A stretch of DNA of 27,365 bases, taken from positions 1 through 27,365 of the forward strand of contig CAZIML010000002.1 in the NCBI GenBank assembly GCA_964540255.1, written 5' to 3'. Origin of the DNA: an uncultured bacterium (GTDB lineage: Bacteria; Chlamydiota; Chlamydiia; Chlamydiales; SM23-39). The notes beneath the pieces were generated by a model. That model was not told where the DNA came from and ran no database searches. It saw only the letters and a list, made by a program, of their open reading frames with translations. Every line of letters starts with the position of its first letter. The first letter of the stretch is position 1. The position numbers were made by a program, and so were the translations under genes. Positions 1 to 9,221 of the stretch are shown here, piece by piece.

Positions 1-761
1 GAAGCAAAAAGAGGACCCGTTCTCCCAAATCCGGTCATCACCTCGTCGGCGATCGCAATCACTCCTTTTTCTTGGCAAGCGGCGATCATTTCACTCAGCG
101 TTTCAGAGGAGTGAAGATACATTCCTCCAGCCCCCTGAATGAGCGGTTCAAAAATGAATGCGCCGATTTCCCCAGAATGTAAAGCTGCTTTACATTTCTC
201 TAACGACTCTTTTTCTCTTCCTGGGAGAGGAGGGACGATCGAGTGAACCTCGAACATGTAGGGCCAGAAGGGGCGGTTAAACCCCGTTTTCCCGGCCGCC
301 GCCATCGCGCCAAAAGTGTCCCCATGATAACCGTTTTGAAACGAGAGGACCTTTTTTCCATTTCCCTTCATTTGGAGGGCCATTTTTAAAGCAGCTTCGA
401 CCGCTGTCGATCCATTATCGGAGTAAAAAACATGGGAATATCCCGGGGGAAGTAAAGAGAGGAGCCGTTCCCCTAAAATGATCGCTTGCGGGTGGGTGAA
501 TCCTGCAAAAAGAACGTGCTCCAATTCTTGCGCCTGCTCGCAGATTTTTTGAGCGATGTAGGGGTGGCTGTGGCCGTGCAAATTGACCCACCAGGATGAG
601 ATCGCATCTAAAAAAGCCTCCCCCGTTTCAGAGAAAAGATAGCTCCCCTTTCCTCGGATGATCGGGATGGGCGGACCGGCTGTTTGAGCTTGGGTGAACG
701 GATGCCAGATACATTTTTGATCTCTCAAAGACCAAGAATTTTGAGAAGAGAGGGGCGCCAC
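1..761 (-). CDS. bioA: Adenosylmethionine-8-amino-7-oxononanoate aminotransferase, partial (3' end runs off the window edge)
   Basis: Not in the ORF track; translated by hand. It reads ...RDQKCIWHPFTQ...FLDAISSWWVNLHGHSHP...LEHVLFAGFTH...YSDNGSTAVEAALK...YHGDTFG...ADEVMTGFGRTG, which are class III aminotransferase/BioA motifs. The start is uncertain (GTG 761 or TTG 728). It lies directly downstream of bioD. Confidence 0.95.
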   Translation of the reverse strand, partial: MAPLSSQNSWSLRDQKCIWHPFTQAQTAGPPIPIIRGKGSYLFSETGEAFLDAISSWWVNLHGHSHPYIAQKICEQAQELEHVLFAGFTHPQAIILGERLLSLLPPGYSHVFYSDNGSTAVEAALKMALQMKGNGKKVLSFQNGYHGDTFGAMAAAGKTGFNRPFWPYMFEVHSIVPPLPGREKESLEKCKAALHSGEIGAFIFEPLIQGAGGMYLHSSETLSEMIAACQEKGVIAIADEVMTGFGRTGPLFA

Positions 762-1348
762 TCTTTTGCCGTTGTCGCCACTTCGTTTCGGCCCCATTTT
801 TTCTCCCATTTGAGTCTTCCTAGACAATTGCATTCTCCTTTTTTCAAAAGCATTTCTTCAGTTTCCAGATCCCCCTCGCCATTAAAAATCACCCCGAGGA
901 GGTCAATATTTCTTTTCTTCATCGCCTCAATGGTCAAAGTAAAATGGTTGAGGCTGCCTAGATAATGGCGGTGAACTAAGATCCATTTCCCCTTCCAATT
1001 GATCGCTGCATCTGCCCAAGTTTCGGTTTCATTCAGAGGAGAGAGGAGTCCTCCCGTCCCTTCGATGATCAAAGGAATCCTAGATGGAGGGGGAATGAGT
1101 TCCTTTGCATCGATCCGCACCCCCTCTTTTCGAGCGGCGAAGTGGGGAGAAGCTGGGGTTGCAAGGGTGAATGTTGAAGGGGAGATAGATCCTGAAGAGA
1201 TCTGCCCTCTAACCCAATCAGAATCTGTTGGAAGACCGCATTGAACCGGTTTCCAATAACACCCCCCAAGGGCTTCTGTCAGAATCGCTGAGACAAGAGT
1301 CTTTCCCACCTCGGTATTGATTCCTGCCACAATGAGCCGGAGCCTCAT
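725..1348 (-). CDS. bioD: Dethiobiotin synthase
   Basis: P-loop GINTEVGKT plus WKPVQCG and IEGTGG motifs. ATGA overlap with the bioF stop. Confidence 0.95.
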   Translation of the reverse strand: MRLRLIVAGINTEVGKTLVSAILTEALGGCYWKPVQCGLPTDSDWVRGQISSGSISPSTFTLATPASPHFAARKEGVRIDAKELIPPPSRIPLIIEGTGGLLSPLNETETWADAAINWKGKWILVHRHYLGSLNHFTLTIEAMKKRNIDLLGVIFNGEGDLETEEMLLKKGECNCLGRLKWEKKWGRNEVATTAKEWRPSLLKILGL

Positions 1349-2409
1349 ATCGCCCCCGCCAATCGGTCGATCTCTTCCTCTTGATTAAAGCTGTGGAGAA
1401 CGATTCGCAAACACTCTCTTCCTCGTGGAACCGTTGGAGGGACAATCGGCCGAACATCAAGGCCGATTTTTCTCAACTTTTCTGATAATGGGTGTATTTT
1501 TTCCGAGACAAAGAGCGGGTGGATCGGACTTTCTCTCAACTCCAGTCCCAATTTTCGACTCAAATAGAGGTTGAGCTCTCGGAGCCGCGATTGATGAATG
1601 GGAGCCTCTTTTTTGAGCCTCTCGTATTTGGATCGAATCGCTCCAAGAGCAGAGCTTGGAAGGGCTGTTGTATAGATCAAAGATCTAGCAAAGTTAACCA
1701 AATATTTTTTCAATAATGAGCTTCCAATCACACAGGCTCCATGGGCTCCTAATGCTTTGCTGAATGTGTGAACGCGGGCAAAAACTTGAGACTCAAGCCC
1801 CCATTCCGCAACCAGCCCCTCTCCATTCTTTCCCCGAATTCCTGTGGCATGGGCTTCGTCTACGATCAAGGCGGCACCATATTTTGAACAAAGAGGGGCA
1901 ATCTCTTTCAACGGGGCCACATCGCCGCTCATCGAATAGATCGACTCAACCAAGACGAACACGGGGGGAGAGACCCTTTTTAACCTTTTCTCGAGCGAAT
2001 CGAGATCGTTGTGTCTAAAAGGGAGCCGTTTCCCACCCGTTAGGCCCATTCCATCGATCATCGAAGCATGGATTTCAAGATCGTATAAAAAGGTCGTTCC
2101 ATCAATACCAAGAGATGAGATCAGGCCTACATTGGCGCAATAGCCGCTGTTGAAGATCAAGCTATTTTCTCCTCGATGAAATTTCCCAATCTCTTCTTCA
2201 AGCTCCTCATACTGAGTCGAATTTCCGGTCAGAAGGCGCGATCCCGTTGCCCCTGAATGATTTTCCAGAGCGATTCGATCTTCCTGTTTGGCAAAGCCGA
2301 AGTAGTCATTCGAGGTAAGATCGATGAGCCCTTCAGTCACTTTAAGGGAACGGATCATCCCCCTTTCTCTTTGCCTTTCGAGCCGCTTTTGTAAAAAAGG
2401 GAAGATCAT
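1345..2409 (-). CDS. bioF: 8-amino-7-oxononanoate synthase (PLP-dependent, class II aminotransferase family)
   Basis: Motifs [41 protein letters not shown] and TFSKALG (PLP lysine). ATGA overlap with bioB. Confidence 0.93.
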   Translation of the reverse strand: MIFPFLQKRLERQRERGMIRSLKVTEGLIDLTSNDYFGFAKQEDRIALENHSGATGSRLLTGNSTQYEELEEEIGKFHRGENSLIFNSGYCANVGLISSLGIDGTTFLYDLEIHASMIDGMGLTGGKRLPFRHNDLDSLEKRLKRVSPPVFVLVESIYSMSGDVAPLKEIAPLCSKYGAALIVDEAHATGIRGKNGEGLVAEWGLESQVFARVHTFSKALGAHGACVIGSSLLKKYLVNFARSLIYTTALPSSALGAIRSKYERLKKEAPIHQSRLRELNLYLSRKLGLELRESPIHPLFVSEKIHPLSEKLRKIGLDVRPIVPPTVPRGRECLRIVLHSFNQEEEIDRLAGAI

Positions 2410-3359
2410 AAAGGGGAGGCGTAAGGTGAACGTTGGGTCAGCCCGAAAAGATCGAACATCTTTTCATCCTCGTCGAAGCCAGGATTGGGGCGAGTCAAAA
2501 GCTTTTCTCCTGAAAAAATGGAATTCGCCCCAGCTAAAAAGCAAAGAGCCTGTTCTTCAAGTGAGCGCCCCACTCTTCCCGCCGAGAGGCGGATCATTGC
2601 TTTCGGCATAGCGATCCGAGCGGTCGCAATCATTCGAATCAGATCCCAAATCGGAACTGTTTTTTGATTTTCCAACGGGGTTCCTCGGACAGGGACCAAT
2701 AGATTGATAGGAACTGACTCTGGCTGGGGATCCCTTTGGGCAAGAGTGTGGATCAAGCCGATTCGATCCTCGATGCTTTCCCCCATCCCGATGATTCCTC
2801 CACAACAAACGTGGATCCCCGCTTTCTCGACCGCATCCAACGTTTTCAGCCGATCTTCATAGGTGCGGCTTGTGATGATGGAAGAGTAAAATTCGGGAGA
2901 AGTATCGAGGTTATGGTTGTATGCGTAAAGCCCAGCTTCTTTCAGCTTTTGGGCTTGAGATTCATTGAGCATTCCCAAAGTGGTACACACTTCAACTCCA
3001 AGAGAGGCGATCTCTCGAATCGTTTCCAAAACACGATCGAATTGGGCGCTGTCGCGCACCGAACGCCAAGCGGCTCCTAGACAGACCCGTGTCGCTCCTT
3101 GAGCAATCGCTTTTTGAGCCAGGTTCAATACCTCCTCGATCTCCATCAGGGGAGCTGCTTTCACATTCGTCTGATAGCGGGACGATTGGGGGCAATATTT
3201 GCAGTCCTCGGGACATCCCCCCGTCTTGATCGAGATTAAAGAGCAAACTTGAACTTGGTTTGGAATATGGTGGGCTCGAGTGACCCCTCCTGCCCGGTAG
3301 ATCAGTTCCAATAGAGGGGTCTCGTAAATAGCTCGAATTTCTTCCTTGGTCCAATTCAT
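2406..3359 (-). CDS. bioB: Biotin synthase (radical SAM)
   Basis: [16 protein letters not shown] (CxxxCxxC), [14 protein letters not shown] and RLSAGR. RBS AGGAG lies 6 nt upstream of the ATG. Confidence 0.97.
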   Translation of the reverse strand: MNWTKEEIRAIYETPLLELIYRAGGVTRAHHIPNQVQVCSLISIKTGGCPEDCKYCPQSSRYQTNVKAAPLMEIEEVLNLAQKAIAQGATRVCLGAAWRSVRDSAQFDRVLETIREIASLGVEVCTTLGMLNESQAQKLKEAGLYAYNHNLDTSPEFYSSIITSRTYEDRLKTLDAVEKAGIHVCCGGIIGMGESIEDRIGLIHTLAQRDPQPESVPINLLVPVRGTPLENQKTVPIWDLIRMIATARIAMPKAMIRLSAGRVGRSLEEQALCFLAGANSIFSGEKLLTRPNPGFDEDEKMFDLFGLTQRSPYASPL

Positions 3360-3431
3360 CTCGGTCTCCTTTTCCCTATAGGATAGGAGTAGATCTTTCT
3401 AATTTTCAACCACTCAAAATCCAATAAAAAC

Positions 3432-3454
3432 TAAAAACCGGTTTATAAAAACCG
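3432..3454. promoter_or_regulatory. Candidate operator: TAAAAACCG twice at a 14-bp period, with nested palindromes
   Basis: TAAAAACCGGTTTATAAAAACCG contains the palindrome AAACCGGTTT (3435-3444) and CGGTTT-N4-AAACCG (3439-3454). It lies in the divergent bioB / wHTH intergenic region. Confidence 0.4.
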
Positions 3455-3537
3455 ATAATCTGTGGTATCTTTCCCTTTTTCGAGGAGAAACACTCGGAAA
3501 TTTAGGTGTATATTATTTAATAAATAGGTTGATTTTC

Positions 3538-4320
3538 ATGTTAGAGGGACTTTGCGGGAATAAAAATGTGCAAAAAGTGTTGTTGTTCCTCTTTGTGAAT
3601 AGCAAATGTTATGGGGCGCAGCTTCAAAGGCTTTTAAGAACTCCCCTCACTTCCCTTCAAAATGCATTGAGCCGATTGGAGAAAGGGAAGGTGATTTCGA
3701 GCTATTCCGAGGGGAAGACAAAAATTTACCGGCTGAATCCCTCCTACCCGCTTCTCGCTGAGTTGGAGCTCCTCTTAAAAAAAAGCTACACACTTCTTTC
3801 TCCCCAGGAAAAAAAGCTCTACTCTTCTTTACAGCAAGAGGGAGTAGATAGACTGGTTCAGGATGGGGAGCTCTATGGTTTTTGGGATCGGTTGAAAACG
3901 GTCAAGGAGTTGACCCTTCACGCAAGAACCCGCTCGAAAGATGAGACGGGATGGGATGGAAGGGGGAAGGGAAATGTTCTGACGGCCCTTGAAAGTGAAA
4001 CGATCTTGACCTTTCATGAAAGGGGGTCATGGCAAGTACAGCAGAATCAAAACATGACCTTTAGCAATACTTTTCGCTGGACGCTCGACCGGGAGGCTGG
4101 AATGATCTCGCTGGAACATTTGCGCTTAGGAGCCAACAACCCTGTATTTCTCTTTCATCTGGCTCCAACTGGCAGTCATCTCCTCGCCTCCGTCGACGCC
4201 CATCTTTGCGAGGAAGATGTCTATCTGGCCCAAGTGACGTGGGATCGGCATCACATCCGCCTTTTTTGGCGTGTGATTGGTCCGAAAAAGAATGAAGAAA
4301 TGGAATATTTTTATACTTGA
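3538..4320 (+). CDS. Winged helix-turn-helix protein fused to a DUF6314-like C-terminal domain
   Basis: The N-terminal ~85 aa show a wHTH pattern (LQNALSRLEKGKVISSYSEGKTKIYRLNP). The C-terminal part has FHERG...HLCEEDVY...WRVIGPKKN, a DUF6314-like pattern recognised by eye. ATG 3538 is preferred over TTG 3529. Confidence 0.7.
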   Translation: MLEGLCGNKNVQKVLLFLFVNSKCYGAQLQRLLRTPLTSLQNALSRLEKGKVISSYSEGKTKIYRLNPSYPLLAELELLLKKSYTLLSPQEKKLYSSLQQEGVDRLVQDGELYGFWDRLKTVKELTLHARTRSKDETGWDGRGKGNVLTALESETILTFHERGSWQVQQNQNMTFSNTFRWTLDREAGMISLEHLRLGANNPVFLFHLAPTGSHLLASVDAHLCEEDVYLAQVTWDRHHIRLFWRVIGPKKNEEMEYFYT

Positions 4321-4421
4321 GGCAGCTCATGCAGATGTATTTGATTTCTAAGGAGTCATCGATCCCCATTTGCCGTTGATGTAGCACTGCTCTCGGAAGA
4401 GTTGCCCTGTTTTCAGCCTCA

Positions 4422-6602
4422 TTAGTTCCCGCAGTAATTTTGGCTTACATTAGTGATAGTTCCTGAAGTAGAAACAGTTCCTGTATTGCCGACGAGAGGC
4501 TCTAGATTTAGGGTTCCGCTGACTCGGGTGATCGTGATCGTACTCGCATCGGAGGCTGCGCTGTTATTTTGGTATCGAGTGCACATAGATCCAGTTCCGC
4601 TATATCGGATTGAAGCGGCTGCAGTGTTGTTTGTTGAATTATTTATGCAAGAATAGGTTCCCACTGTTGAACCCGAATCGTTCAGCGCAATCCCTAGTCC
4701 TCCAACGCTGGTAGAGTTTCCTTGAATGAGATGAGTGGATCCTGGGGTTGCCATTACAACTGCAATACACCCTGAAGATGTGCTCGCGATTCCGGCTGCT
4801 GCAACACTATTGGAAAGGATTTGGGAATTGACAGTGCCAGAGGTAAACGATTCAACTAAGATGCCGCTGCTAGTATTGGAGGCTGCGGCACCGCCAGTGA
4901 CTGTATTATTTTGAATGAATGAGGTGATCGAGCTCGAGGTGCTTCTTACCCAGATCGTGTTGACGAATCCACTCGGAGCAGTCAGTCTGCATTGATTATT
5001 TATAATTTGTGCAGTCATGGTTGAACTGGAGCTCGGATTTATGAAAATTGCGCTATTCGATCCGAAATTCGCTGTTTGGGTCAAAGAGATGCTATTGTTC
5101 GCCACATATACAGATCCATTTGTTCCTACATTTACTATAGAGATTCCATTAGTCGCAGAACTTGAGTTAATATTTGAGACAATCGTGTTATTGGAAATAT
5201 TCGCAGTTCCCGTGACGTTACCCAACCTCACCGCGTTGCTTCCTGCGGTTCCAGTCTGTTCAATATAGTTGTCGGTAATCACCGGATTGGAGACGGGAGG
5301 AGGGGTTCCAAAACCCGTTAGATTCGCGATCGCTGCCAAAAAGCTTGAGGAAAGGGAACTTGTAATATAAAGTCCCGACACGGTGCAATCATTAGCGAGC
5401 ATTACCGCTAACTGATTGGTTGCCGACAAATGGGGTTTGATGGCTGACATGGGAGGGACGGCAATCGTTCCGTATCCTGTATTGAGATTATGGCCCACGC
5501 TTGTTCCGAGCAGTTGCTGGCCAGATTTCATCGTGAAAGTCGTCGTGAGCCCTGTCGTTGTTCCGTCGCCAGGGAAGACGAAGATGACATCGTTTGTTCC
5601 CGACGCAGCCTGAGCGCTTGCCAGGTCGGAGAAGGGGCTTTCAAAAGTTCCAGCTGAGTGGCTTGTGTTGTCTACGAAGATAAAGAAGAAAGGGAGCCCA
5701 GTCGCTGGGTTGATGACTGCATTGGAATCTCTTTTGTACTGCACCTTGAACGGGATGATCTCATTTCGATAGGGAGAGGAGACTCTTTGCAAATCTGTGG
5801 AGCAGAAGGAGACCGAGGAAGGTTTTTTCTTCCAAAACGAAAGAGGGCTGATCGGGAGCGAGATTCCTACTTGTCCTTGGATTTGGCCGTGGAAGACATT
5901 ATCGTAAGAGCCGCTCAACTCGAGGAAAGCATACTGCTTGTAAGAGGCCCGAAGACGTCCTTTTCCACCGTATACATTTGATTCATTACTCCCATGAAGA
6001 TAATAGGGCCCCGCGGCGGTCACTAAATTCCATCCGTGGGAACAACCGAAATTCGCAGCCACTTCTCCATCAAATCCGGAGAAAGTGTAAGCTCGTCTTC
6101 GTTTGACGTACATGTAGTGGCCAGCGAAACGATCGAATAGAGCTGTTCCGTAGAAGATGGACTTCGTTTTCCCAAGAGGAAGATATCCATTGATCCGCCC
6201 TTCCCATCGCTTAGAGAGAAATTCGATTCCAGCGCCCACCTGATTAGAATGGAAGTGGCTTTTGTTTCGGTAATCGTAATAGCTATTGATCCCAAATATG
6301 AACTCATTATTCACATATCGAAGGCCGACGCCCCCGTTTGCGGCGAAGCGGCCGTTGTTGAACGCATGGCCCCTGAGATCGATGAAAGGATGCCAATGAT
6401 TCATCATGGGATTCTCAGAGATAGCAAATAGAGCTGCAGTAGAGTAGCCTTGAGCATAACCGATGCCGCCTCCCTCGATATGGCGCAAGTCGAGCCGCAC
6501 GTTGGCAGGCTGCATGCAAATTTCTTCGTTCACCGACTCATCTTGAGAGTAGCCGGAAAGAATCATCATAACTAGGGTAGTAGCGATCAAAGGAGAGCGC
6601 AT
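4422..6602 (-). CDS. Inverse autotransporter beta-domain protein with a Ser/Thr/Asn-rich, probably parallel beta-helix passenger
   Basis: Signal-peptide-like start at ATG 6602 (MRSPLIATTLVMMILSGYS). The N-terminal beta-barrel pattern is DLRGHAFNNGRFAANGGVGLRY...FGINSYYDYR...NQVGAGIEFL...GRINGYLP. This is followed by FVDNTSHSAGTFESPF and repeated (I/V)xxNx(I/V) strands. Confidence 0.8.
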   Translation of the reverse strand: MRSPLIATTLVMMILSGYSQDESVNEEICMQPANVRLDLRHIEGGGIGYAQGYSTAALFAISENPMMNHWHPFIDLRGHAFNNGRFAANGGVGLRYVNNEFIFGINSYYDYRNKSHFHSNQVGAGIEFLSKRWEGRINGYLPLGKTKSIFYGTALFDRFAGHYMYVKRRRAYTFSGFDGEVAANFGCSHGWNLVTAAGPYYLHGSNESNVYGGKGRLRASYKQYAFLELSGSYDNVFHGQIQGQVGISLPISPLSFWKKKPSSVSFCSTDLQRVSSPYRNEIIPFKVQYKRDSNAVINPATGLPFFFIFVDNTSHSAGTFESPFSDLASAQAASGTNDVIFVFPGDGTTTGLTTTFTMKSGQQLLGTSVGHNLNTGYGTIAVPPMSAIKPHLSATNQLAVMLANDCTVSGLYITSSLSSSFLAAIANLTGFGTPPPVSNPVITDNYIEQTGTAGSNAVRLGNVTGTANISNNTIVSNINSSSATNGISIVNVGTNGSVYVANNSISLTQTANFGSNSAIFINPSSSSTMTAQIINNQCRLTAPSGFVNTIWVRSTSSSITSFIQNNTVTGGAAASNTSSGILVESFTSGTVNSQILSNSVAAAGIASTSSGCIAVVMATPGSTHLIQGNSTSVGGLGIALNDSGSTVGTYSCINNSTNNTAAASIRYSGTGSMCTRYQNNSAASDASTITITRVSGTLNLEPLVGNTGTVSTSGTITNVSQNYCGN

Positions 6603-6761
6603 GCAAATCTCACAATCAGGTTTAATCCCATTGTAAGAAGATTTTTGATTCTTCGAAATGAATTTATTTTTTCGCAAAAGAGCGGTTTGAGGGAGAAATG
6701 AGAAAATTTATTGAATTTAAATAATAAAACGGTGAAAATTCCTGTAAAAATGTAAAAAACA

Positions 6762-6779
6762 CCAATTTTTGCAAATTGG
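6762..6779. promoter_or_regulatory. Palindrome CCAATTT-N4-AAATTGG upstream of lrp (candidate operator)
   Basis: Perfect 7-bp inverted repeat, preceded by a tandem TGTAAAAA x2 (6743-6758), in the divergent autotransporter/lrp intergenic region. Confidence 0.3.
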
Positions 6780-6795
6780 GGTTCAAGAGAGAGGC

Positions 6796-7245
6796 ATGGA
6801 CAAGACAGATAAAATGATCGTTTCGCAACTCCAAATTGAGGGGAGAACTTCTTGCGAGAGGTTGAGTTCAATAGTTGGCCTGTCAGTTTCGGCTGTGAAT
6901 GAGCGAATTAAGAGGCTTCAAAAACAAGGGGTGATTACCGGGTGGGGGGCCCATATTTGTCCCAAAGAGGTGGGGCTCGACATTTTATCATTTGTTCAAG
7001 TGTTGCTAGGGGAGAAATCTGATGAGCTGAAATTTTTGAATGAGATTGAGAAAATTCCTGAAATTTTGGAATGCCACCACATTACTGGAGAATGGTCCTA
7101 TCTACTTAAAATCAGATGCCGAAATATTGGCCATTTTGAAACGGTATTGGGAAGCAAATTAAAACCGATCCCAGGGGTTTTGCGCAGTCATACTTTTATT
7201 GTCCTCTCCTCTCCGCTTGAGCGAACTATTTTACCATTGGAATAA
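6796..7245 (+). CDS. Lrp/AsnC family transcriptional regulator
   Basis: MDKTDKMIVSQLQIEGRTS...LSVSAVNERIKRLQKQGVI (HTH) and ECHHITGEWSYLLKI (RAM domain). RBS GAGG precedes ATG 6796. Confidence 0.92.
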   Translation: MDKTDKMIVSQLQIEGRTSCERLSSIVGLSVSAVNERIKRLQKQGVITGWGAHICPKEVGLDILSFVQVLLGEKSDELKFLNEIEKIPEILECHHITGEWSYLLKIRCRNIGHFETVLGSKLKPIPGVLRSHTFIVLSSPLERTILPLE

Positions 7246-7246
7246 A

Positions 7247-7867
7247 ATGAATTTGGATTTTTTGTTGAAGGGAATCGTTCTTGGTTTTTCGATTGCAGCT
7301 CCTGTTGGTCCGATCGGAGTTCTTTGCATCCGTAAAACATTGGAACACGGAAGATTATCGGGCTTTTGTTCTGGTCTCGGTGCAGCCTGTGCTGACTCTA
7401 TTTATGCAACCATCGCAGCCTTCGGGCTTACCGCAATTTCAAATTTTCTCCTAGCAGGACAATCGTGGTTTCGCCTCATAGGCGGTTGTTTTCTCCTTTA
7501 TTTAGGGTGGAAAACTTTTGTTGCAAAGTCGGCACCTGGTTCGAAAGAAATCCCCCACACGACTTTGTTAAATGATTTTCTTTCTACATTTTTTCTCACA
7601 ATCACCAATCCAATGACCATCCTCTCTTTTCTGGCTGTTTTTGCTGGCCTTGGAGTAACAGCTCTTAAGGGGAGCTATATGGATGCAGTTGGTTTGGTTT
7701 TGGGTGTTTTTTTGGGGTCAGCCGCTTGGTGGTTTTTATTAAGTGAAGGGGTGACACTGTTTCGGAAAAAAGTGAGTCAAAAGGTGATGACTTGGATCAA
7801 TCGGGTAGCTGGAGCGATCATTATATCATTCGGAGTTGGCGCGCTGTACAGTTTTGCTTTCGGCTGA
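7247..7867 (+). CDS. LysE family amino-acid exporter
   Basis: GFSIAAPVGPIGVLCIRKTL, GLGAACADSIY and TITNPMTIL motifs, with hydrophobic helices. Starts 1 nt after the lrp stop. Confidence 0.92.
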   Translation: MNLDFLLKGIVLGFSIAAPVGPIGVLCIRKTLEHGRLSGFCSGLGAACADSIYATIAAFGLTAISNFLLAGQSWFRLIGGCFLLYLGWKTFVAKSAPGSKEIPHTTLLNDFLSTFFLTITNPMTILSFLAVFAGLGVTALKGSYMDAVGLVLGVFLGSAAWWFLLSEGVTLFRKKVSQKVMTWINRVAGAIIISFGVGALYSFAFG

Positions 7868-8806
7868 CCCAATTTTTTCTTTTTGAAAGTAGGCTTTGTT
7901 GTTTTTGAAATCGAGTAAAACGGCGTGGTTTTTTAAAAAATCTCTGCCGATGAGTCCATCGCAAGGGATCATTGGGTTCATGTCGTAAAGATAGAGGGAA
8001 GTTGGGCCGAAATCAACAGATCCAATTTTGAATTTATTCGTTGTGTAGACTGAATTTTTTTCGACGACCCAGTCGGAAGGAGTTCTAAGAATAGATCTGC
8101 TGGCTCCCGTGTCTAGGACAAATTTTCTTATCCCCAGTTCTGTTTCGATTGAAACTAGGAATAGATGGTTTATTTCTTCTAGATTTGCCTCTGCAAAATG
8201 TTTAGAGAAATCTCGATTCTTTTTTTTGAACTCGTCAATATTTCGAATAGCCATCAAATTGCGATTTGGGAAATCGATCAACCAGAAATCGATTCCCCTT
8301 AAAAAACGAGCGCCAACTCTTCCTGGAATTTCGAGTCGTTCTGTTACGGCCACTTCACTCAGTGGAGGATTCAAAACGGAGCCGCTCATTAAATACTCAA
8401 AGTTTTCCTCCTTGACGGACACATTGTTGATCATGATCTTGCCGATTTCAATCAGATCGAGACACGTCATCGATGATTCATAACAAGTTCCCTTAAGATC
8501 GAACGATGTAGAGTTTCCGGCATTTTTTTTATTTTGCGCATTGTCGATCAATTTTTTTTCGAGTGAAAAATAGAAATCACCCCCAGAATCCAGTTCAAGC
8601 CAGTATTTTTCTTTCTCAATTTTCACTTCGATACAAGGAATTCCTCTGGGGGAGAAAGAGATGGGAATATTTAAATACGGCTCTTTTTTAACAAAAAACC
8701 CGTAAGCAGAGTAGAGGCACCCAACTAGTAACACTCCTGCAACAGCTAGCCAACTAATCTCTTTGCCAATTAATGGTGGCTTCGATTTTCCCGGAAGTGT
8801 TTCCAT
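7826..8806 (-). CDS. Membrane-anchored tandem retropepsin-like aspartic protease
   Basis: An N-terminal hydrophobic segment, two catalytic-type motifs (LELDSGG and FVLDTGA), and two downstream psi-loop-like motifs (GRVGARFL and DGLIGRDFL). The 3' end overlaps lysE convergently by 42 bp. Confidence 0.8.
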   Translation of the reverse strand: METLPGKSKPPLIGKEISWLAVAGVLLVGCLYSAYGFFVKKEPYLNIPISFSPRGIPCIEVKIEKEKYWLELDSGGDFYFSLEKKLIDNAQNKKNAGNSTSFDLKGTCYESSMTCLDLIEIGKIMINNVSVKEENFEYLMSGSVLNPPLSEVAVTERLEIPGRVGARFLRGIDFWLIDFPNRNLMAIRNIDEFKKKNRDFSKHFAEANLEEINHLFLVSIETELGIRKFVLDTGASRSILRTPSDWVVEKNSVYTTNKFKIGSVDFGPTSLYLYDMNPMIPCDGLIGRDFLKNHAVLLDFKNNKAYFQKEKIGSAESKTVQRANSE

Positions 8807-9122
8807 TTTGATCTACGCTTGCGCTCCCACTGATTTCAACTCTTCCATCTTCGGATGTTGCAGTTATTTCGATTTTGGCTTCCGCTTCCCCATCCGCTTC
8901 TTTTTCTACCGAAACTGTAGCGCTGCCGCCCATCACTTGGATGGTATGGGATTTTCCTGAAAATGGCACCTCAAAAGTTGCGTGAATCACTTTTGGGAAT
9001 GAAGTTTCCCGCTGCAGTTTATCTACAATCTCAACTTCTTTGCCATTCCAAAGTATTGAACGATTCATTTGTAGATAGAGTCTGTCTAGTGAATAGTCAT
9101 CTGAAACTGTGTCGATATCCAT
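8754..9122 (-). CDS. Hypothetical protein (beta-rich, acidic C-terminal half)
   Basis: Open frame with RBS AGGA before ATG 9122 and a promoter-like sequence upstream. No family recognised. Confidence 0.6.
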   Translation of the reverse strand: MDIDTVSDDYSLDRLYLQMNRSILWNGKEVEIVDKLQRETSFPKVIHATFEVPFSGKSHTIQVMGGSATVSVEKEADGEAEAKIEITATSEDGRVEISGSASVDQNGNTSGKIEATINWQRD

Positions 9123-9152
9123 ATACACATCCTGGGTTAATAATGAGGAGAC

Positions 9153-9181
9153 GTTTTACAGAATCTAAATGTAGAAGTCAA
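9153..9181 (-). promoter_or_regulatory. Sigma70/sigma66-type promoter candidate TTGACT-N17-TAAAAC
   Basis: Read on the minus strand: TTGACT (9181-9176), a 17-nt spacer, then TAAAAC (9158-9153). It points at the 9122 ORF. Confidence 0.5.
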
Positions 9182-9221
9182 GTTTTTCTTTGATAGAAAT
9201 TCTCAAAAATAGAGGAAAAAC

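Noticed and set aside
1-3359. Absence of bioC/bioH/bioW as evidence of a novel pimelate route
   Set aside because: The operon runs off the window edge inside bioA, so absence cannot be judged here.
3360-3537. BirA operator for the bio operon
   Set aside because: The AAACC/GGTTT arms are present, but without the TGT/ACA flanks or the 14-16-bp spacing of known BirA sites.
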